The notes beneath the pieces were generated by a model that was not told where the DNA came from, searched no databases, and saw only the letters and a list, made by a program, of their open reading frames with translations. Shown in pieces: positions 33,607 to 40,257 of a stretch of DNA of 40,257 nucleotides (the first letter of the stretch is position 1; each line of letters starts with the position of its first letter). The DNA lies in contig DAIDAX010000003.1 in NCBI GenBank assembly GCA_027310405.1, positions 1 to 40,257 on the forward strand, in the 5' to 3' direction. The position numbers and the translations under genes are program-made. This stretch comes from a bacterium (GTDB lineage: Archaea > Aenigmatarchaeota > Aenigmatarchaeia > CG10238-14 > SCSR01).

Positions 33607-35237
33607 ATATCCTCAACAAAAAGTTCAAAACTTGCAACTGGAACTTCTATTTCCCAATTTTCTAAAACTTGTGGATGAACTTCACCAAAGCTTCCAATAA
33701 TTTTTTTATTTGAAATTATACGAGCTGCTCTTCCATTTATGTAACAATTTTCCTGATAAGGTTGGAGTGAATAGTTGATTCCAAAATTCTTCAGAAATGT
33801 ATCAACAACTCCTTTTGCTTCTGCAAAGTTTGATTTGCTATGTGCAATCACTCCACAAACTTTTCTTAAACTTTTCGTTCTAGTTTCTTCTTCAGGAGAA
33901 ATCAAAACAACATCTCCAACCTCGAAAATATTTTGTGGATATGCAACATGTTTGTTCACCGAAAGTATTTTCATCAAACTCGGCAACATCCAAGATCGTA
34001 GACATGTGTAATTTTCAGAAACCGGATTTTGTATTTCTACAACTTTCTCTCTTGAAACATTCATTTTGTCAAACTGTTCAAGAGGATTACTCATAACAAA
34101 GTTGATTGTTTCTTGAAATCCCATTCCAATTAACAAGTGTCGAATTTTTTCGCAAGTTCTTTCAAGTTCCAAAGCCTTTCCGTAAGTTGCAACATTTGGT
34201 AACTGCGGTGTTAAGTTATTTAGTCCATAAGCATATGCAACATCTTCGATAACATCTACTTGATGAAGAATATCAGCACGATATGGTGGAATGACAACTT
34301 CTATTTTTTCACCGTTTATCACAGAACTGTAGCCCATTCTTTGCAACAACTGTATAATGTCTTTTTTTGAAAGTGATACACCAATCATTTTCTCGAGATA
34401 TGGATAATCAACTTCGATAACAGTTTCCTGTAGGTTTGGTGTAATCTCAGATTTTTTTCCGAGTTTCAATTTCAGATACTCGATTTTGCATCCACGTTCT
34501 GCTAGATTTGTAACTAAGATATTCAATGCTTGATTTATCGCAGCTTTATCTAAGCCAGTTACATCAATGAAAAGATTTTTCGTTTTTTCTGTAACTCTTG
34601 TTCTTTCTGAATTTATCACAGGTGGAAAACTGAAAATTCCTTGAGCGTCTTCAAAGACTGGCCAAAGTTTTGCAGAAGAAATTAAATTTCCATACATTTT
34701 TCCTTTTGGTGAATTTTCTAAAACTTCTCGCAGGGTCATCACGTTTTCAAAATCAAGCGGAATCATTTTAGAATCTCGTGAAACTCCAGAATATGAAATT
34801 GGCGGAATAATTTTATCAAAGTCATGAACTCCTATAGCAACCTTTCTTCTATTCCTACCAATCGTTGCGTGCAGAACTTCTTGTATATTCATCAAACTTT
34901 TTATTACATCATCAGTCAACGAAACATTTCTCACAATAGCCGCTGCTATGAATGGTCTTATTGGTACACTATCAACTTTTATTTCAAGAGTTGAATTCGT
35001 TGACAAGAATTTTTGCAAATTATTTTTAATCTCAAGATAATTACGAATCGCACGTGCGAGTCCTTCTACTCCAAATAAGTCGGGTCGGTCTGGAGTAACT
35101 TCCAATTTTATTTCGGAATCCGTCTGCTCTTCAACTCCAGGCTTTATCAAGGAGACAACTTCTTCCAGCTGCTCATTGCCAAGTTTCTTCCCGACAAGTT
35201 TTTGCAAATCTTTTTTGTTGTAAGTTATTAACGGCAT
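33603..35237 (-). CDS. pheT: Phenylalanyl-tRNA synthetase beta subunit
   Basis: TPDRPDL, GRNRRKVAIGVHD, SFPPVINS, PPYRADILH.VD.IED; start MPLITY coupled to the pheS stop. Confidence 0.96.
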   Translation of the reverse strand: MPLITYNKKDLQKLVGKKLGNEQLEEVVSLIKPGVEEQTDSEIKLEVTPDRPDLFGVEGLARAIRNYLEIKNNLQKFLSTNSTLEIKVDSVPIRPFIAAAIVRNVSLTDDVIKSLMNIQEVLHATIGRNRRKVAIGVHDFDKIIPPISYSGVSRDSKMIPLDFENVMTLREVLENSPKGKMYGNLISSAKLWPVFEDAQGIFSFPPVINSERTRVTEKTKNLFIDVTGLDKAAINQALNILVTNLAERGCKIEYLKLKLGKKSEITPNLQETVIEVDYPYLEKMIGVSLSKKDIIQLLQRMGYSSVINGEKIEVVIPPYRADILHQVDVIEDVAYAYGLNNLTPQLPNVATYGKALELERTCEKIRHLLIGMGFQETINFVMSNPLEQFDKMNVSREKVVEIQNPVSENYTCLRSWMLPSLMKILSVNKHVAYPQNIFEVGDVVLISPEEETRTKSLRKVCGVIAHSKSNFAEAKGVVDTFLKNFGINYSLQPYQENCYINGRAARIISNKKIIGSFGEVHPQVLENWEIEVPVASFELFVEDI

Positions 35238-36499
35238 TATTTCACCAAAGATTTTTCTCGAAGCCACTTCAAATTATCGGAATATAAATATCGGATGTCA
35301 TTTACTCCAAGTTTGATCATCGCAAGCCTTCCAATACCGAGTCCCCACGCTAAAACTGGAACTTCTATTCCAAGTGGTAGAGTGACTTCAGGTCTGAAAA
35401 TTCCAGAGCCACCAATCTCAACCCAACCAAGTTCAGGATGATATGCAAGTCCTTCCACAGAAGGTTCTGTGAATGGGAAATACGAAGGCTTGAATCTAAC
35501 TTTTTCCGCACCAGTAACAGCTATTACAATTTCTTTCAAGTAGCCGAGTAAATTTTTCAAATTCAACCCTTCACCAACAACAATTCCTTCGCACTGATCA
35601 AATTCTGCAAGATGTTTAGCATCAATAACATCGGAACGAAAAACTCTATCGATCATAAACATTTTGTGCGGAATATCTTCTTTCTTTAATTTACTCAATG
35701 TTCTTGCTGATAATGCAGTTCCCTGACTCCTCAAGAGTAATTTCTTTGCAAATGAAAAATCCCAACTCCCCCATCCTCTACTCCCAGTTATCCAACCATT
35801 TTCATGCGTGGCTTCGACTCGTCCCCACAACTGTTTGTCTAAAACTTTTCCATCTTGGGAATTTTTCACATTAAGCACATCATGTATTCCTCTGGCTGGA
35901 TGATCTGATGGCATGAATAGAGCATCGAAATTCCAAAAGTTCATTTCAACAAGTGGCCCACGTGCTTCAACAAAACCAAGTCCAATTAGTTTTTTACGAA
36001 TATCGTCAATAACTTGCCTGTAAGGATGTGATTTTCCTACAGAAACAATTTTTTGCGGTGCAACATTTATGTTAATTGGTGCAAGTTTTGCTTTTTTCCA
36101 CAAACCAGTTTTTAACATTATTGGTGTGAGTTCACTTACTTTCTTTTTCTCCAATTGTTTCGAAAGTTTTTCAACTTCCTCGTAAATTCTTTGTACAAGT
36201 TTTCGTTGAAACAAAACTTCCAAAATATCGGGGTTTACAGTTTCTCCTTTTGAAATTTTTTCAAGTGCATCTTGTTCTGGAAATTCCATTTTTTTGGATA
36301 CGAGAAAAATTTCTCCATTCTTTTCTTGAATAATCTTCTTTTTTTTCAGCCAGAGAAGTGCAATGTCAGCGTGCTTCATTTTTTTCTGGATGTTGTTTAC
36401 AGACAATTGATCTTTTTGTAAAAGCTCGAAAAGATTTTTTTCCGGTAAACCATTTTTTCGATATTCTTCTCCTTCTTTAGTTAGTCTGTAATTTGTCAT
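35237..36499 (-). CDS. pheS: Phenylalanyl-tRNA synthetase alpha subunit
   Basis: WNFDALFMPSDHPAR, DAKHLAEFDQ, YFPFTEPS, GIFRPEV, AWGLG. Confidence 0.96.
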   Translation of the reverse strand: MTNYRLTKEGEEYRKNGLPEKNLFELLQKDQLSVNNIQKKMKHADIALLWLKKKKIIQEKNGEIFLVSKKMEFPEQDALEKISKGETVNPDILEVLFQRKLVQRIYEEVEKLSKQLEKKKVSELTPIMLKTGLWKKAKLAPININVAPQKIVSVGKSHPYRQVIDDIRKKLIGLGFVEARGPLVEMNFWNFDALFMPSDHPARGIHDVLNVKNSQDGKVLDKQLWGRVEATHENGWITGSRGWGSWDFSFAKKLLLRSQGTALSARTLSKLKKEDIPHKMFMIDRVFRSDVIDAKHLAEFDQCEGIVVGEGLNLKNLLGYLKEIVIAVTGAEKVRFKPSYFPFTEPSVEGLAYHPELGWVEIGGSGIFRPEVTLPLGIEVPVLAWGLGIGRLAMIKLGVNDIRYLYSDNLKWLREKSLVK

Positions 36500-36532
36500 T
36501 GTTCTCTTCTTTAAGATTAATTTTTAATAAAC

Positions 36533-37243
36533 TTACCTTATTACTTCGTAGTCCGAACGTCTAAATTTCTTGCCATTAATCAGATGTTGTAAGTAAAATT
36601 TGAGATAATTTTTCATAGATTTTACGATTCCCCATTTCTGAAAACGGCGCGTGGAAGTGAACACAGCTGTATTCTCGTCAAAAACAACCTTTCCAAACTT
36701 CGATATTTTTTCAGAAAGGATAAAATCTTCAAGTGCATGTGTTGTTTCATCAAATCCACCAGCTTTTAAAAAAGCACCACGTCGATAACCAACACAAATA
36801 CCAGCAATTTGTGGCTTTTTTGTTTTTAGGCTCAAAACAGTATTCAAATTATACACAGCATACAATAAGGAATTTTTTGAATTATATTCAAGAGGAAGAA
36901 TTGGGCAAGTAGCACAAACAACGTTCTTTGTTTTAAACGAATTTCCAAATTTGGAAATTAAATTTGGCATGGGTATTGTATCACCGTCTATGAAAATCAA
37001 AATATTCCCCTTAGCAACATTTGCACCAACATTTCTTGCTCTACCCACACCTCTTTTTTTCATGCGTACAACTTTATCTGCAAAATTTCTTGCGATTGAG
37101 ACTGTTTTGTCTTTGCTTTCACTATCGACAACAATTATTTCAAATTTTTTTTCATAATCCTGATGTTTTAAAGCAAGCAATGTTCGTTTAATATATTTCT
37201 CTTCATTGAGTGTTGGAACAATTACAGAAATGAAATCCTTCAT
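36533..37243 (-). CDS. Glycosyltransferase family 2
   Basis: ISVIVPTLNEE, IIVVDS.S.D, ARNVG, FIDGD, GGFDE, LED, TSTRR. Confidence 0.92.
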   Translation of the reverse strand: MKDFISVIVPTLNEEKYIKRTLLALKHQDYEKKFEIIVVDSESKDKTVSIARNFADKVVRMKKRGVGRARNVGANVAKGNILIFIDGDTIPMPNLISKFGNSFKTKNVVCATCPILPLEYNSKNSLLYAVYNLNTVLSLKTKKPQIAGICVGYRRGAFLKAGGFDETTHALEDFILSEKISKFGKVVFDENTAVFTSTRRFQKWGIVKSMKNYLKFYLQHLINGKKFRRSDYEVIR

Positions 37244-37244
37244 T

Positions 37245-38354
37245 TCATTTACCCAGAACTATTTTTTCTGCTTTAGATAAAAGTTTTTTCTTTTTCTTTT
37301 GATGTTTTTCCAAGAATTTGATAATTATTTCAGTTATTTCATTTTTCATTTCTCCATCAAGCAATTTTCCGGATTTATACAGATTGTAAACTTTCTCAAC
37401 TTTTTTATCGTCTTCTACAAAATGATATTTGTAAAGTTCAAAAACTACACTTTGTTCAGGATTCGCACCAAATTTTCTTTGTTCTTCAACAGTTTTCTGA
37501 CCGCCGGTAAGAGCCTTCGAAACTTTTCTCTTTACATCCTCTGGCTTGTCGTTCAAAGTTATCATCGAATCTGGATTACGTTTACTCATCTTAGTCTCAC
37601 CATTAAGTGCTCTGAAAAACTTGTGGAATATACTGGCTGGTCTTGTAAAATTAAATTCCGGAAATCTGTCAACAATATCTCGCGACAAGAAAATATGTGG
37701 GGCCTGATCTAAACCCACAGGAACTAAAACTGTTTTATGCGAGCCACCTTCTTTTGTTTCTGGAAACAGAATATCTCCAGATTGCGTGAAGGCTGCAAAG
37801 TACAAACCAAATGGGCGTTTGCCATACAAATTCTCCATGTGATTATTCGTAATTTTTCTGCTGAACAAATAACCAAGATTCATTACATGTTTTTCTTGCG
37901 ACTGTCTGTAGATGTAAGCATTTTTTGGATTCAGTCCTAAAGCAAGCAGGTCTGCAACATTATCTACAGCGATTTCGGCTTGTTTGTCGAGTGGTAGTCC
38001 GTTGTCCACCATTCCTTCCAAATCTGCAATTGCGTAGAAAACTTTCGTGCCAAATTCTTTCTGGAAATAAATTATTTCTTCTGCAGTTATTTTGCTGCCG
38101 AGATGAAATTCATTCGTAGGTTTTATTCCTGTCATTATTGCAACTTTTTCTTTGCGTTTGACAGCATCCAAAAATTTATCAAAATCGATGTGTGCAAAAT
38201 CTATTCCACGACGTAAAAATATGTTCGGATTTTTTATTCTTCGCAGAATTGATTCGTCTATTTTTTTCAAATGCATGTCCTGAATGATTTTTTCATAATC
38301 GGTTATTACAGAATTTCCAAACGGATCCAATGTGTTGTCAACCATAATCATCAC
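37245..38354 (-). CDS. trpS: Tryptophanyl-tRNA synthetase
   Basis: TGIKPTNEFHLG, VPVGLDQAPH, KMSK, ALTGG. Confidence 0.95.
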   Translation of the reverse strand: MMIMVDNTLDPFGNSVITDYEKIIQDMHLKKIDESILRRIKNPNIFLRRGIDFAHIDFDKFLDAVKRKEKVAIMTGIKPTNEFHLGSKITAEEIIYFQKEFGTKVFYAIADLEGMVDNGLPLDKQAEIAVDNVADLLALGLNPKNAYIYRQSQEKHVMNLGYLFSRKITNNHMENLYGKRPFGLYFAAFTQSGDILFPETKEGGSHKTVLVPVGLDQAPHIFLSRDIVDRFPEFNFTRPASIFHKFFRALNGETKMSKRNPDSMITLNDKPEDVKRKVSKALTGGQKTVEEQRKFGANPEQSVVFELYKYHFVEDDKKVEKVYNLYKSGKLLDGEMKNEITEIIIKFLEKHQKKKKKLLSKAEKIVLGK

Positions 38355-38492
38355 TTTGTTTTTGTTTTAAAAGAAGTTTAGAATAATCGCTAAGCAAAGA
38401 ATTCAAATTCAGAGTGTAATCCATTGGAACATACCACTCAAAGAAAAGTTTGCAGAGAATCTATTTAAACATTAAACAGACAAAATTGTGTC

Positions 38493-38885
38493 ATGGTAAA
38501 TTTCAAATTTGTAATTAACGAACCAGAGACAAAAAAATCTTTCAATGCAGAATTTGATCAATCGAAAGCCGCAACATTCTTGGGAAAGAAGATTGGTGAC
38601 GAAGTTGATGCAAGTTCTCTGGGTTTGAACGGTTATACGCTGAAAATAACTGGTGGAACAGATAAAGATGGATTTCCTATGCACTCTTCTTTGCATGGTT
38701 CTGTAAAAAAGAAAGTACTTTTGAGCGGACCTCCTGGATTTCATCCAAAATTAAAGGGACAAAGGAAAAGAAAAACTGTACGTGGAGACACAATTTCACA
38801 AGACACGATTCAGATTAACGCAAAAGTTGTGAAGAAAGGAGAAAAATCATTGCAAGAAATTTCCCAGCTAAAGAAAAGTCTGTAG
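38493..38885 (+). CDS. rps6e: 30S ribosomal protein S6e (C-terminal tail probably frameshifted; would extend to 38998)
   Basis: LGKKIGD, ITGGTDKDGFPM, G.RKRKTVRG. Confidence 0.95.
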   Translation: MVNFKFVINEPETKKSFNAEFDQSKAATFLGKKIGDEVDASSLGLNGYTLKITGGTDKDGFPMHSSLHGSVKKKVLLSGPPGFHPKLKGQRKRKTVRGDTISQDTIQINAKVVKKGEKSLQEISQLKKSL

Positions 38886-38969
38886 AAAAACCGGCAGAAC
38901 ACATTGAAAAGAAAGAAGAGAAGAAAGAACAGCCGAAGGCAGAAGCTCCGAAAGAAGTGAAGAAGGAAG

Positions 38970-40208
38970 GTGGAGAAGTTCCAGAAGCAAAAGGCTGAAT
39001 TGAATGAGAAACTCATACCAGAAGCAAACATCGGAATGGTCGGACACGTTGCACACGGAAAGACAACACTTACTGAAGCACTTACGGGAAAACTGACGCT
39101 AACTCATTCTGAGGAACTCAAGCGCGGAATAACGATTCGTCTGGGTTATGCTGACGTTTCAATTTACAAAGACATGAACGGACACTACTTCAGTTCTGAA
39201 AAATGCCCAATCTGTTTTTCTGATGGAGAAATTTTGCGCACTGTTAGTTTTATCGATGTTCCCGGACACGAAACTCTGATGGCAACTGTTTTGACTGGAG
39301 CTAGTTTGATGGACGGCGCGATTCTTGTTATATCTGCAACAGAAAAATGTCCGCAACCTCAAACCCGCGAGCATTTGACTGCATTGGAAGTTGTCGGAAT
39401 AAAAAATGTTGTCATTGTTCAAAACAAAATTGATCTTGTCACTCCAGAACGAGCGCGAGAAAGCTACAGGGAAATAAAAAATTTCATCAAAGACAGCGTA
39501 ATAGAAAATGCTCCAATAATTCCTGTCTCCGCACAAAAAAGAATAAACATCGATGCAGTTTTCTCAGCGATTGAAGAAAAAATTCCAACTCCGAAAAGAG
39601 ACGAAACTAAAAATGCGAAGATGTTGATCGCGAGAAGTTTTGACATAAATCGTCCAGGCACAGAAGTTAGTAAACTTTCTGGCGGAATTGTTGGAGGATC
39701 TGTTATCCAAGGAAAAATTAGAATCGGCGATGAAATAGAAATTCAACCTGGAACAAGAATTGGAGAAAAATACACTCCACTTACTTCGAAAATTATCGGA
39801 CTGAAGAAAGGACATCTAGAACTTCAAGAAGCTGGAGCAGGAGGTTTGGTAGGATTGATGACTGAGTTAGATCCGTTCTTGACGAAATCGGACTCTCTTG
39901 TCGGAAATGTTGTCGGTCTGAGAGGACAGTTACCTCCCCTATATAATAAACTCAATCTGCAGTTGCATCTTTTACAACGTGCAGTTGGCACCGAAGATTT
40001 TTCAGACGTTAAACCGATAAAAACCGGGGAGAGTCTTTTGATAAACATTGGCACTGCTCGTTCTCTTGGTAACGTTACAGCCGTGAAGAAAGATTTTGTC
40101 GAAATTGAACTCAAAATTCCAATTATTGCAGATTCGGACGAACGCGTTGTTATCTCAAGACAAATTTCAGGACGCTGGAGACTAATTGGATACGGGACGC
40201 TAAGTTAA
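38970..40208 (+). CDS. eif2g: Translation initiation factor aIF2 gamma subunit (start may be TTG 39000)
   Basis: NIGMVGHVAHGKTT, HSEELKRGITIRLGY, DVPGHE, QNKID, ARSFDINRPG, WRLIGYG. Confidence 0.97.
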   Translation: MEKFQKQKAELNEKLIPEANIGMVGHVAHGKTTLTEALTGKLTLTHSEELKRGITIRLGYADVSIYKDMNGHYFSSEKCPICFSDGEILRTVSFIDVPGHETLMATVLTGASLMDGAILVISATEKCPQPQTREHLTALEVVGIKNVVIVQNKIDLVTPERARESYREIKNFIKDSVIENAPIIPVSAQKRINIDAVFSAIEEKIPTPKRDETKNAKMLIARSFDINRPGTEVSKLSGGIVGGSVIQGKIRIGDEIEIQPGTRIGEKYTPLTSKIIGLKKGHLELQEAGAGGLVGLMTELDPFLTKSDSLVGNVVGLRGQLPPLYNKLNLQLHLLQRAVGTEDFSDVKPIKTGESLLINIGTARSLGNVTAVKKDFVEIELKIPIIADSDERVVISRQISGRWRLIGYGTLS

Positions 40209-40257
40209 GTGAAGAATTAGAAAAAAATCAAGTTTAGCTGGAGCAGTAAATTGTTCC

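Noticed and set aside
38856-38865. Programmed -1 frameshift at AAATTTC in rps6e
   Set aside because: The heptamer is not in X_XXY_YYZ phase with the rps6e frame (GAA ATT TCC), and there is no obvious downstream structure.
595-40114. Many 60-170 aa antisense or alternate-frame ORFs overlapping housekeeping genes, and ORF 6238-6420 across the array
   Set aside because: Shadow frames of well-supported genes or repeats, with no motifs.

Overview
AT-rich archaeal chromosome segment. The inferred source is a DPANN archaeon, possibly Aenigmarchaeota-like, based on archaeal aIF5B, aIF2-gamma, eS6, PINA, archaeal LeuRS/PheRS, dense gene packing and GGTGA/AGGAGG Shine-Dalgarno motifs. The backbone is translation housekeeping: infB, hisS, ileS, alaS, leuS, pheS/pheT, trpS, rps6e, eif2g and three tRNAs. 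Three regions stand out. (1) A complete compact type V-F CRISPR-Cas locus at 2169-6333: cas1-cas2-cas4-cas12f1 (Cas14a-like), a recognisable tracrRNA, and 6 identical 37-nt repeats with 5 spacers. Its Cas4 nuclease motifs are altered. (2) An AbrB-family regulator ORF whose reading frame runs through a complete tRNA-His gene and stops 4 nt before hisS, preceded by twin palindromic operator-like sites (15719-15998). (3) A ~5.2-kb capsid-less element integrated in tRNA-Arg(TCT) at 27599-32791, with a tyrosine integrase, divergent wHTH/RHH regulators, a P-loop helicase-like protein, a coiled-coil protein and a 10-copy iteron array. Smaller observations: a candidate box C/D sRNA, several unannotated small proteins, a charge-depleted surface glycoprotein and a frameshifted rps6e tail. 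All family calls come from motif recognition by eye and from recalled reference sequences; no searches were run.
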